The notes beneath the pieces are model-generated. The model worked only from the letters and a program-made list of their open reading frames with translations, was not told the DNA's origin and ran no database searches. Below are positions 1 to 13,039 of a stretch of 64,000 nucleotides of DNA, piece after piece (within the stretch, counting starts at the first letter, position 1; each line of letters starts with the position of its first letter). The DNA lies in the NCBI GenBank assembly GCA_002269645.1, contig NIVC01000262.1:124001-188000 (forward strand), written 5' to 3'. This DNA is from Macrostomum lignano. Taxonomy: Eukaryota. Both the position numbers and the translations under genes were made by a program.

Positions 1-3000
1 CTAGATTAGCAATCCATTCTATTCCAATTAATCCATGATTTGGGCTAGATTAGCAATCCATTCTATTCCAATTCATCCATGATTTGGGCTAGATTAGCAA
101 TCCATTCTATTCCAATTCATCCATGATTTGGGCTAGATTAGCGATCCATTCTATTCCAATTAATCCATGATTTTGGCTAGGTTAGCAATCCATTCTATTC
201 CAATTAATCCATGATTTGGGCTAGATTAGCAATCCATTCTATTCCAATTAATCCATGATTTGGGCTAGATTAGCAATCCATTCTATTCCAATTAATCCAT
301 GATTTGGGCTAGATTAGCAATCCATTCTATTCCAATTAATCCATGATTTGGGCTAGATTAGCAATCCATTCTATTCCAATTCATCCATGATTTGGGCTAG
401 ATTAGCGATCCATTCTATTCCAATTAATCCATGATTTTGGCTAGGTTAGCAATCCATTCTATTCCAATTAATCCATGATTTGGGCTAGATTAGCAATCCA
501 TTCTATTCCAATTAATCCATGATTTGGGCTAGATTAGCAATCCATTCTATTCCAATTAATCCATGATTTTGGCTAGGTTAGCAATCCATTCTATTCAAAT
601 TCACCCCATGATATTGGCTAGGTTAGCAATCCATTCTATTCCAATTAATCCATGATATTGGCTAGATTAGCAACCCATTCTATTCCAATTAATCCATGAT
701 TTGGGCTAGGTTAGCAATCCATTCTATTCCAATTCATCCATGATTTGGGCTAGGTTAGCAATCCATTCTATTCCAATTCATCCATGATTTTGGCTAGGTT
801 AGCAATCCATTCTATTCCAATTCATCCCATGATATTGGCTAGATTAGCAATCCATTCTATTCAAATTCATCTCATGATATTGGCTAGGTTAGCAATCCAT
901 TCTATTCCAATTCATCCATGATTTTGGCTAGGTTAGCAACCCATTCTATTCCAATTAATCCATGATTTTGGCTAGGTTAGCAACCCATTCTATTCCAATT
1001 AATCCATGATTTGGGCTAGGTTAGCAACCCATTCTATTCCAATCAATCCATGATTTTGGCTAGGTTAGCAATCCATTCTATTCCAATTAATCCATGATTT
1101 TGGCTAGATTAGCAATCCATTCTATTCCAAGTAATCTGGCTAGATTAGCAATCCATTCTATTCCAATTAATCTGGCTAGATTAGCAATCCATTCTATTCC
1201 AATTAATCCATGATTTTGGCTAGATTAGCAATCCATTCTATTCCAATTCATCCATGATTTGGGCTAGATTAGCAACCCATTCTATTCCAATAAATCCATG
1301 ATTTTGGCTAGGTTAGCAATCCATTCTATTCCAATTAATCCATGATTTGGGCTAGATTAGCAATCCATTATATTCCAATTCATCCATGATTTGGGCTAGA
1401 TTAGCGATCCATTCTATTCCAATTCATCCCATGATATTGGCTAGATTAGCAATCCATTCTATTCCAATTAATCCATGATTTTGGCTAGGTTAGCAATCCA
1501 TTCTATTCCAATTCATCCATGATTTGGGCTAGATTAGCAATCCATTCTATTCAAATTCACCCCATGATATTGGCTAGGTTAGCAATCCATTCTATTCAAG
1601 TTCATCTCATGATATTGGCTAGATTAGCAATCCATTCTATTCCAATTCATCCCATGATATTGGCTAGATTAGCAATCCATTCTTTTCCAATTCATCCCAT
1701 GATATTGGCTAGATTAGCAATCCATTCTATTCCAATTAATCCATGATTTTGGCTAGGTTAGCAATCCATTCTATTCCAATTCATCCATGATTTGGGCTAG
1801 ATTAGCAATCCATTCTATTCCAATTCATCCAGGATTTGGGCTAGATTAGCAATCCATTCTATTCCAATTAATCCATGATTTTGGCTAGATTAGCAATCCA
1901 TTCTATTCCAATTAATCCATGATTTTGGCTAGATTAGCAATCCATTCTATTCCAATTAATTCATGATTTTGGCTAGATTAGCAATCCATTCTATTCCAAT
2001 TAATCCATGATTTTGGCTAGATTAGCAATCCATTCTATTCCAATTAATCTGGCTAGATTAGCAATCCATTCTATTCCAATTCATCCATGATTTGGGCTAG
2101 ATTAGCAATCCATTCTATTCAAATTCATCTCATGATATTGGCTAGATTAGCAATCCATACTATTCCAATTCATCTCATGATATTGGCTAGATTAGCAATC
2201 CATTCTATTCAAATTCATCTCATGATATTGGCTAGATTAGCAATCCATACTATTCCAATTCATCTCATGATATTGGCTAGATTAGCAATCCATTCTATTC
2301 AAATTCACCCCATGATATTGGCTAGATTAGCAATCCATTCTATTCAAATTCACCCCATGATATTGGCTAGGTTAGCAATCCATTCTATTCCAATTCATCT
2401 CATGATATTGGCTAGATTAGCAATCCATTCTATTCCAATAAATCCATGATATTGGCTAGATTAGCAATCCATTCTATTCCAATTAATCCATGATTTTGGC
2501 TAGATTAGCAATCCATTCTATTCCAATTCATCCCATGATATTGGCTCGATTAGCAATCCATTCTATTCCAATTAATCCATGATTTTGGCTAGGTTAGCAA
2601 TCCATTCTTTTCCAATTAATCCATGATTTGGGCTAGATTAGCAATCCATTCTATTCAAATTCATCTCATGATTTTGGCTAGATTAGCAATCCATTCTATT
2701 CCAATTAATCTGGCTAGATTAGCAATCCATTCTATTCCAATTCATCACATGATATTGGTTAGATTAGCAATCCATTCTATTCAAATTCATCTCATGATAT
2801 TGGCTAGATTAGCAATCCATTCTATTCCAATTCATCTCATGATATTGGCTAGATTAGCAATCCATTCTATTCAAATTCACCCCATGATATTGGCTAGATT
2901 AGCAATCCATTCTATTCAAATTCACCCCATGATATTGGCTAGGTTAGCAATCCATTCTATTCCAATCAATCCATGATATTGGCTAGATTAGCAATCCATT

Positions 3001-3424
3001 CTATTCCAATTAATCTGGCTAGATTAGCAATCCATTCTATTCCAAAAAATCCATGGTTTTGGCTAGATTAGCAATCCATTTTATTCCAAAAATTCATGGT
3101 TGTGGCTAGATTAGCAACCCATTCTATTCCAAAAATTCATGGTTTTGGCTAGATTAGCAATCCATTTTATTCCAAAAATTCATGGTTGTGGCTAGACTAG
3201 CAATCCATTTTATTCCAAAAATTCATGGTTGTGGCTAGATTAGCAATCCATTTTATTCCAAAAATTCATGGTTGTGGCTAGATTAGCAATCCATTTTATT
3301 CCAAAAATTCATGGTTGTGGCTAGATTAGCAATCCATTTTATTCCAAAAATTCATGGTTGTGGCTAGATTAGCAATCCATTTTATTCCAAAAATTCATGG
3401 TTGTGGCTAGATTAGCAATCCATT
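1..3424. repeat. Tandem satellite, ~44-bp monomer (CTAGATTAGCAATCCATTCTATTCCAATTAATCCATGATTTGGG) with 36-, 43- and 45-bp variants; runs off the window start
   Basis: Direct periodicity. ORFs 1519-2976 are translations of runs of the 45-bp (15-codon) variant, not genes. Confidence 0.97.
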
Positions 3425-4720
3425 CCGTTGTGTAATCCTGCCCGTTTTTGCTCTCGCGCCCCGCCCTAACCCTTCCAGCTGGTCTGCTGGAGTTTTCTGC
3501 CTCTAGTTTTCTCAATCAGTACGTACGCTGATTGCGCGAGCTCGCACCTTACCCTACCGTACCGTACATTCGCTCTTAAATTATTTAATATTCATGTATT
3601 CATAGGTCAAATGATAAATATAAAATGAAGTTGCTGTCTAGTGAGCAGCCGCCGTGGCTGTTGGCTATTGTCAAAACTGAAATGACTCAGACTAGCTATT
3701 TAGTTTTGGCGAGAGAAAAGGATGCACTTAACTGAGCCGACTGCTCAATTCAATATATTTATAGGCAGGAGAGTATTGCGTAATTAGAATATTGCTACAA
3801 ATTCATGGACCAAGCCTGCCGTACATTATTACCGCGCAGAGCGTACACTACATCCAATATACTAAAAATCAAAACTATGTACCTATAGGAACCTTTGCTT
3901 AACTTGACTCTACATGGTCGGAATTTCGTGGGGTTTTCTGCATTCGATGCGTATTGATGGTGCGCTGGTACACAAAATTTTGCTAAGAAATTGCTTCATT
4001 TTTTCGGGCTTAAATATTCGAAAAACTCGATTTTCTCCCTGTTTTTTTAAAGTTCAAACAGTTCTTTCTGATTGAGAAGCAGTCTGACTGCCGATGGAAT
4101 TGTATTGCATCATAACTCAGTGCCAACTATAGCATTGGTTCTCCACACTCGCGTGGAGAGCTACAAGCGTTGAAAGGTTGCGCAACACATTTTAATTGAG
4201 GGGCGGGTGTCGCTATTCAATTATTCATGGGCTGGCTTGGTTGTTAATTTCAATGCATCAACTTGCAGGCCTCTCACTGTAGCTGGCGCTGAATGTACAC
4301 CTTATGAATTTGAATGCTTTATAGCAGGAATGTTCAATCGTTGTTTGTGCTTCGAGTTTTTCACTTTCAGAAGAGAGCCTTGCATTGCAAGAAAGAGCTT
4401 GAAACGCTGAGTTCGGGAATATAATTTTTTGCTTAGATTCGAAAAATTAAAAGCACATCATTAAAAAGAAGATTCCTATGAACTTTACTTTATTTACTGA
4501 TTGTACGCTCTCCAATATCGCAAACTCCACAATTCCAGCCAGCCCCATTGAATTTAGATTTAGATTGTGTAACTATATTGGTGACTTTAATTGAAACTGA
4601 TACAGACTGCCTGAGAAATTGTCATAACTGCTTCACGTGATTTACTCTGTGCGTGGAGTTTTGAAAGTGTTGAGTTATATAAGTGCGACGATTTATGTTA
4701 TCAATTTATGTTTTCAAAAC

Positions 4721-4782
4721 GATGAGAGATAGCCTAGAGGTAAACAGACAGACCTGCTAATGCAGCGACGTGGGTTCGAATT
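4721..4782 (+). other. tRNA-Ser(GCT)-like / SINE-head-like module with A-box and B-box
   Basis: GATGAG..TAGCCTAGAGGTAAA..CTGCTAAT..CGTGGGTTCGAAT. A-box-like TAGCCTAGAGG, anticodon-loop-like CTGCTAA, B-box GGTTCGAAT. Variable arm and 3' acceptor strand missing. Confidence 0.65.
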
Positions 4783-4944
4783 TTTAGATTGTAGAAGTTT
4801 TTTATTAAAAGAATTTAATTTTCAACTTTTTAGCAATTTAATTTTTACTTTTAAGCAAAAGAAAACTAAAAAAAACGTCAGGTAAATCAGTAGAAGAGAA
4901 GCTACGAGTATTCATGTAGTGTATTCAAAAATTTTTATTAAACT

Positions 4945-5200
4945 GAGATGCCAAGGCTAAGAGGGAATTCCTGAGATATCAAGGCGTGAAGGGAATTGCT
5001 GAGAGGTCAAGGCTTTGCACGAGGAGAAATTGCTTACATGTCAAGACTTACTGGGGGAATTACTGAGATATAAAGGCTTACTGGGGGAATTACTGAGATG
5101 CCAAGGCTTAAGAGGGAATTTCTGAGATGTCAAGGCTTGGAGGGAAGTTCTGAGGTGTCAAGGCTTGATGGGAATTGCTGAGATGTTAAGTCTTGGGGGG
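4945..5200 (+). repeat. Minisatellite A (~25-35 bp, GGGAATTGCTGAGATGTCAAGGCTT)
   Basis: Degenerate tandem copies. Recurs at ~6790-7215, 9385-10040, 10500-10910, 12950-13510, 15350-15810, 17870-18030 and 19190-19660. Confidence 0.9.
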
Positions 5201-5399
5201 GGGGAATTCTATGGATTGGGGAATCTTTGAACGAGAGATGCTTCTAATGGATATCTTGAGGAGATGAGGGGATTCATGGGCGGATTATTTGGATGGGAGA
5301 TTCTTTGGATTCTTTGAATGGGGGATTCTGTTGATGGGGATTATTTAGACGTGGATTTTTTGAACGGAGTTTTTTAGATAAGGGTATTCTTTGGCCAAT

Positions 5400-6420
5400 T
5401 ATTCTTTTGATGGGAGAATCAATGGACAATGTAGATGGAGATTCTGTGGATGGGGATTATTTGGACGTAGATTATTTTCATGGAGATTCTTTGGAGGGGG
5501 ATTTTTTAGATAGGAATGGATAGGGATGGATAGGAGGATTCTTTGGATAGGGATAAATGGGGGTTTCTTTGGATATGGATGGATAGGGATTTCTTTGGAT
5601 ATGCATGGATTGGGGATTCTTTGGATATGGATGGATGGGGGGTTTCTTTGGATATGGATGGATGGGGGTTTCTTTGGATATGGATGGGTGGGGGATTCTT
5701 TGGATATGGATGGATGGGGGTTTCTTTGGATGTGAATGGATGGGGAGTTTCTTTGGATATGAATGGATGGGGGTTTCTTTGGATATGGATGGATGGGGGA
5801 TTCCTTGGATATGCATGGATTGGGGATTCCTTGGATATGAATGGATGGGGGATTCTTTGGATATGGATGGATGGGGGATTCTTTGGATATGGATGGATGG
5901 GGGATTCCTTGGATATGCATGGATTGGGGATTCCTTGGATATGAATGGATGGGGGATTCTTTGGATATGGATGGATGGGGGATTCCTTGGATATGAATGG
6001 ATGGGGGATTCTTTGGATATGGATGGATGGGGGATTCCTTGGATATGGATGGATGGGGGGTTTCTTTGGATATGGATGGATGGGGGTTTCTTTGGATATG
6101 GATGGGTGGGGGATTCTTTGGATATGGATGGATGGGGGTTTCTTTGGATGTGAATGGATGGGGAGTTTCTTTGGATATGAATGGATGGGGGATTCTTTGG
6201 ATATGCATGGATGGGGGATTCCTTGGATGTGAATGGATGGGGGATTCTTTGGATATGGATGGATGGGGGATTCTTTGGATATGGATGGATGGGGGATTCC
6301 TTGGATATGAATGGATGGGGGATTCCTTGGATATGAATGGATGGGGGTTTCTTTGGATATGGATGGGTGGGGGATTCTTTCGATGGGGATTCTGTGAATG
6401 AGGGATTTTTTAAATAGGGA
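5400..6420 (+). repeat. Minisatellite B (G-rich, ~17-27 bp, GGGGATTCTTTGGATA(T/G)GGATGGATG)
   Basis: Tandem array; source of the spurious W/G/D-rich and P/I/K-rich ORFs. Recurs in every family I unit. Confidence 0.95.
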
Positions 6421-8081
6421 TTCTTTGGAAGGGTATTCTTTGCATGTGAGATTTTATGGATGGGCAATGCATTGGATGGGAAATTCTTCAGATAGGAGAA
6501 TTCCTTGAATGGGGAATTCTTCGGATCGGTGATTCTATCGATGGGAGGTTTTTTGGATGGGGGATTCTTTGTATCGTGGATTCTATGGGTGGTGTATTCT
6601 TTGGATGGGGGGGGTTCTTTGTATGGGAGATTCAGTTGGGTGAAATTTTATTGCGTGGGAAAACTGTGGTTAGAGTTTGGACGGAAAGCCCCAACGGGGG
6701 TTGGAATTGGCTAGCTGAGGAAACTGCTTCACTAATCTTGCTGGGGGTACTTTCTATCAGGGGATGCTTGCTCGGAAGAGAATTCTAAGATGTCAAGATT
6801 TACAGGGGGGAATTATTGAGATACATGTATAAAATCCTACCTTGGGGAATTAATGAAGGCTTAAGAGGGACTTGCTGAGATGTCAAGGCTTAGGGATAAA
6901 TTGCTGAGATGTCAAATCTTATTGGGGAATTGCTGAGATACCAAGGCTTAAGAGGGAGTTCCTGAGATTTCAAGACTTGGGAAGGAGAATTATTCAGATG
7001 TCAAGGCTTAGGTGAATTTCTGAGATGTCAAGGCTTGGGGAATTTCTGAGATGTCAAGACTTGGGGGAATTTCTGAGATTTCAAGGCTTTGGACGAGGAG
7101 AAATTGGTAACATGTCAAGGCTTGCGCCGGAATTGCTTAGATGTCAATGCTTGGGGAAAATTTCTGAGGTGTCGAGGCTTTGGGGAATTGCTGAGATGTT
7201 TAAGTCTTGGGGAATTCTATGGATTGATGATTCTTTGGATGAGGGATGTTTCTAATGGATATCTTTGGATTCATTGATTCATTGGGGAATTTCTTCGGTG
7301 GGGCATTGTTTCGATGGAGGGTTTTTTGAATGGGGGATTCTTTAGATGAAAGATTCTTTAGATGGGGGTTATTTGAACGGGGGTTCTTTAGATGAAGGGA
7401 TTCTGGGATTCATTGGCCAATTATTTTTTTGATGGGGGATTATTTAAGGATGTGAATTATTCTGATGTGTATTCTTCGAAGGGGGACTTTTTAGAGGAGG
7501 ATTTTTTTATATGGATGGTTAAGGGGATTATTTAAATAGGAATGGATAGGGAAATTCCTTGGATAGGGATGAATAGGAGGATTCTTGGGATAGGGATGGA
7601 TGGGGGGTTCTTTAGATAGGGATGGATGGGCGATTCTTTGGATAGAGGGTTTCTGTGGATGGGGATTTCTTGAATAAGGGATTCATTGGACGGGGTATTC
7701 TTCAGATAGGAGGATTCCTTAAATGGGGAATTCTTCGGATCGGGGATTCTATCGATGGGATGGGATGGGGATGGGACGGGAAGGATGGGTATTCTTTGCA
7801 TGTGAGATTCTACGGATGGGCGATTCATTAAATAGGGAATTCTACAGATAGAGGATTCCTTGAATGGAGAATTCTTTGGATCGGGGATTCTGTCAATGGG
7901 GGGTTCTTTGTATGGGGATTCTTTGGATGAGGGATTTTTTGCATGTGAGATTATTTGCATCAAGGATTTTATGGATGAGGGATTCTTTGGATGGGGGTTC
8001 AGTTGGGTGAATTTCTTTTGCGTGGGAAAACTTTGGTAGGAGTTCTGACGGAAAGCCCCAACGGGGGTTGGAATTGGCTAG

Positions 8082-11000
8082 TCCAATATACTAAAAATCA
8101 AAACTATGTACCTACCTACCTATATATAGGAACCTTCGTGTAACTTGACTTTGCGTGGTCGGAATTTCCTGGGGTTTTCTGCATTCCATGCGTATTGATG
8201 GTGCGCTGGTACACAACATTTTGCTAAGAAATTGCTTCATTTTTTCGAGATTAAATATTCGAAAAACTCGATTTTTTGCCCGTTTTTTTAAGTTCAAACA
8301 GTTTTTTCCGATTGAGAAGCGTTCTGACTGCCGATGGAATTGTATTGCATCATAACTCAGTGCCAACTATAGCATTGGTTCTCTACACTCGCGTGGAGAG
8401 CTACAAGCGTTGAAAGGTTGTGCAACACCTTTTAGTTATTGAAATTGAGGGGCGGGTGTCGCTATTCAATTTGTCCTGGGCATTGGCTTGGTTGTTAATT
8501 TCAATGCATCAACTTGCAGGCCTCTTACTGTAGCTGGCGCTGAATGTACACCTTTTTAATTTCAATGCTTTATACTCGTAGCAGGAATGTTCAATCATTG
8601 TTTGTGCTTCGAGTTTTTTACTTTCAGAAGAGAGCCTTGTATTGCTGGAAAGAGCTAGGAACGCTGAGTTCGGGAATATAATCTGTTTGCTGAGATTTGA
8701 AAAATTAAAAGCACAGCATAAAAAAGAAATTTCTATACTTTTTACTCTATATTCTCATTGTACGCTCTCTCATATCGCAAACCCCTACTTATCGCAACTC
8801 CACAATTCAAGCCAGCGCCATTAGATCTAAATTTAGATTGCGTAACCATATTCTTGACTTTAATTGTCGACTTTATTAATTGAAACTGATATTGACTGCC
8901 TGAGAAATTGATTACGTCGTAACTGCTTCGAGTGATTTCTACTCTATGCTGGGAGTTTTCAAAGTGTTGAAATATATAAGTGCTACAATTCATGTTATCA
9001 AAACGATGAGAGCTAGCCTAGAACTAAACAGACTGATCTGCTAATGCAGCGACGTGGGTTCGAATTTTTAGAGTGTTGAAGTTTTTTATTAAAAAATTTA
9101 ATTTCAAGAAAGCTAAAGGAACCTTAAAAATGTCAAGTAAATCAGGTAAAAGAGAAGAAGCTACGAGCGTTCATGTAGTATAATCCAAAATTTTATTCAA
9201 CTTTAAATTTTGAAAAGTTTTAAAAAGGACTATTCCAATAGATAAGAAATTAATTACTGTAATAGCTGACGAAATTGTTTCACAATCTTGCTGAGGGTAC
9301 TTTCTATCAAGGGATGCTTGCTATCGGAAGGACGCTTGCTTTTGGGAATGCTTGCTCGGGGGAGATTGCTAACTGTGGGAATCACTGAGATGTCAAGGCT
9401 TGGTGGGGAAATTCCTGAGATGTCAAGTCTGAGAGGGGGGAGGGAATTGCTGAGATGTCAAGTCTTAGAGGGGGGAGGGAATTGCTGAGATGTCAAGTCT
9501 GAGAGGGGGGAGGGAATTGCTGAGATGTCAAGTCTTAGAGGGGGGAGGGAATTGCTGAGATGTCAAGTCTTAGAGGGGGGAGGGAATTGCTGAGATGTCA
9601 AGTCTTAGAGGGGGGAGGGAATTGCTGAGATGTCAAGTCTTAGAGGGGGGAGGGACTTGCTGAGATGCCAAGGCTTAAGAGGGACTTGCTGAGATGTCAA
9701 ATGCTTAGGGGGACTTGCCGAGATGTCAAGACGTAAGACGGAATTGCTGAGATTTCAAGGCTTGGGGGGGGGGAATTACTGAGATGCCAAGGCTTGAGGG
9801 CGAATTGCTGAGATGTGAAGGCGTGGGGGAATTTCCGAGATGTCAATTCTTGGTGGGGAAATTCCTGAGATGTCAAGTCTTAGAAGGGGGAAATCTGTGA
9901 GATATCAAGTCTAAGGGGGGAATTGCTGAGATGTGAAGGCTTGGGGGAATTTCTGAGATGTCAAAATCTTAGGGAAGGGAATTGCAGAGATTTCAAGTCC
10001 TGAGGGCGAATTGCTGAGATGTCATGTCTTTGGGGGGAATTCTATGGATTGGGGATTCTTTGAATGAGGGAGGGTGCTTCTAATATATATATTTGGATAG
10101 TGATTCATTGGGGAATTCCTTCGTTGGGGATTACTATTTCGATGAAGGGTTCTTTGAATGGGGGATTCTTTAGATGAAGGCTTCTTTCTATAGAGTGATC
10201 CTTTGGATATGAGATTATTTGGGGGGGATTCTTTATGAGGGGATTCTTTGGATGGGGAGTATTTCGACGGTGGTTCTTTAGATGAGGGGATTCTTTGGCC
10301 AAGGATTCTTTTGATGGGGGATTATTTGAATGGGAGATTCTTAAGAGGGGGATTCTTTGGATAGGGGTGGATGGGGGATTCTTTGGATATGGATGGATGG
10401 GGGGGTTCTTTGGATAGGGATGGATCTGGGGTTCTTTGGATAGGGATGGATGGGGGGTTCTTTGGATGAGGGATTCTTTGAACGGAGATTCTGTGGAGGT
10501 CAAGTCTTAGGGGGGGGGGAATTGCTGAGATGTCAACGCTTTTGACTGGGAGAAATTGCTAAGATGTCAAGATTTACTGGCGGGAATTACTGAGATATAA
10601 AGACTTACTGGGTGAATTACTGAGATTTCATTGCTTAATGGGAAATTCCTTAGATGTCAAGTCTTACAGAGGGGAATTGCTGAGATGACAAGACTTACTT
10701 CGGAAATTACTGAGATATAAAGGCTTACTGGGGGAATTTCTGAGATGTCAAGGCGTGGGGGGAATTTCTGAGATGTCAAGACTTGAGACGGGGAGAAATT
10801 GCTAAGATGTCAAGTCTTAGGGGGGGGGAAAATTACTGAGATGTCAAGGCTTAAGGGTAATTTTTGAGATGTCAAGTCTTGGGGAGGGGAATTACTGAGA
10901 TTTCAAGGCTTGGTAAGAAAGATTCATTGGGAACTTCTTTCGATGGGGGATTCTTTCGATGAAGGGTTCTTCCGATAAAGGGATCTTTTGGATTGGATTG

Positions 11001-12044
11001 GATTGGATTTGGATTGTTTGGGCGGAGATTATTTGCATGAGGGGATTCTTTAGATGGGGGTTATTTGGATGGGTGTTCTGTAAATGAGGGGATTCTTTGG
11101 CCAAGGATTCTATTTGGATGGGAGATTCTTTGGATTCTTTGGATGGGGGGTTCTTTGGATTCTTTGGATGGGGTTTCTGTTAATGGGGATTATTTGGATG
11201 TGGATTTTTTAGAGGGGGGTTTTCTGGAGGGGGATTCTTTGGATTCTTTGGATTGGGATTATTTGGACGGGGGTTCTTTAGATGAGAGGATTATTTTGTC
11301 AATGATTTTTTAGATAAGGGATAATTTGGATTTGAGAATCTTTGGATTATTTAGATGGGGATTTTGTGGATGGGGATTATTTGGATGTCGATTATTTAGA
11401 TGGGGATTCTTTGGATATGGATGGATTGGGGGATTCTTTAGATAGGAATGGATGCCGGGTTTTTCTGGATAGGGATGGATAGGAGGATTCTTTAGATAGG
11501 GATGGATGGGGGATTCTTTAGATAGGGATGGATGGGGGATTCTTTAGATAGGGATGGATTTGGGATTCTTTGGATATGGATGGATGGGGGGATTCTTTGG
11601 ATAGGGATGGATTTGAGATTCTTTGGATGGGGATTCTGTGTATGGCGGATTCCTTGGATAGGAAATTCATTGGATGGGGATTCTTCGAATCAGGATTCTA
11701 TCAATGGGGGGTTCTTTGAATGGAGGATTCTTTGGATATAGGATTCTTTGCATGTGAGATTCTATGGATGGGCGATTCATTGGATGGGGAATTCTTCAGA
11801 TAAGAGGATTCCTTGAGTGGGGAATTGAGTGGATTCTATCGATGGAGGTTCTTTAGATGGCGGATTCGTTGGATAGGGAATTCTTTGCATGTGAGATTCT
11901 TTGCATCAGAGATTTTATAGATGGAGGATTTTTTGGATGAGGGATTCTTTGGATGTGGGATTCAGTGGGGTGAAATTTTATTGCGTGGGAAAACTGTGAT
12001 TGGAGTTTGGACGGAAAGCCCCAACGGGGGTTGGAATTGGCTAG
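8082..12044 (+). mobile_element. Non-autonomous Helitron, family I, unit 2
   Basis: TCCAATATACTAAAAATC directly after the CTAG of unit 1. Ends hairpin+GGCTAG at 12044. tRNA-like module at 9005-9066; 35-bp A-variant array at ~9420-9665. Confidence 0.88.
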
Positions 12045-13039
12045 TCCAATATACTAAAAATCAAAACTATGTACCTACCTACCTACCTATCTATATATCT
12101 ATAGGAACCTTCGTTTAACTTGACTTTGCGTGGTCCGAATTTTGTGGGGTTTTCTGCATTCGATGCGTATTGATGGTGCGCTGGTACACAACATTTTGCT
12201 AAGAAATTGCTTCATTTTTTAGGGATTAAATATTCGAAAAACTCGATTTTTTGTCCGTTTTTTTAAGTTCAAACAGTTTTTTCCGATTGAGAAGCGTTCT
12301 GACTGCCGATGGAATTGTATTGCATCATAACTCAGTGCCAACTATAGCATTGGTTCTCTACACTCGCGTGGAGAGCTACAAGCGTTGAAAGGTTGCGCAA
12401 CACCTTTTAGTTATTGAAATTGGAGGGAGGGTTTCGCCATTCAATTAGTCCTGGGCATCGCTTGGTTGTTAATTTCAATGCATCAACTTGCAGGCCTCTC
12501 ACTGTAGCTGGCGCTGAATGTACACCTTTTTAATTTCAATGCTTTTAAGCAGGAATGTTCAATCGTTGTTTGCGCTTTGAGTTTTTCACTTTCAGAAGAG
12601 AACCTTGTATTGCTGGAAAGATCTAGGAACGCTGAGTTCGGGAATATAATTTGTTTTCTGAGATTCGAAAAATTAAGAGCACAGCATTAAAAAGAAGATT
12701 TTTATACTTTTTACTTTATATACTCATTGTACGCTCTTCCATATTGCAAACCCCTGCGAAGGTTCCTAACTTATCGCAACTCTTTAGAGAGCAAAAGTTT
12801 TTTTTATTAAAAATTTTAACTTTAAAAAAGTCCGGTAAATCAGGTAAAAGAGAAGAAGCTACGAGCGTTCATGTAGTATATTCAATTTTTTTTATTAAAC
12901 TTTGAATTTTGAAAAGGATTATTGCACTAGATAAGAAACTAATTTCAAGGCGTGGGGGAATTTCTGAGATGTCAGGCCTTTGGACGGGGAGAAATTGCTA
13001 AGTTGTGAAGACTTGAGATGTTAAGGCTTGGGGGGAATT

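Larger units (their letters stand above)
3853..8081 (+). mobile_element. Non-autonomous Helitron, family I, unit 1
   Basis: Starts A|TCCAATATACTAAAAATC. Ends with hairpin CCCCAACGGGG(G) then TTGGAATTGGCTAG|T. Contains a ~1.1-kb 5' backbone shared with units 2-4, minisatellites A and B, and an internal bypassed 3' end at 6711-6714. Confidence 0.88.

Noticed and set aside
1-3424. Satellite monomer as CRISPR-like array or as amplified Helitron 3' end (CTAGATTAGCAATC vs GACTAGCAATCTAG)
   Set aside because: No unique spacers and eukaryotic context. Similarity to Helitron ends is only ~9 bp with no hairpin.
4721-4782. Calling the tRNA-like modules functional tRNA genes
   Set aside because: Acceptor stem 3' strand and variable arm are missing and stems are poorly paired; treated as tRNA-derived only.
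4903-4910. TACGAGTA / TACGAGCG in family I backbones, and frequent TACATGTA octamers, as additional footprints
   Set aside because: No empty sister site in the window to verify them.
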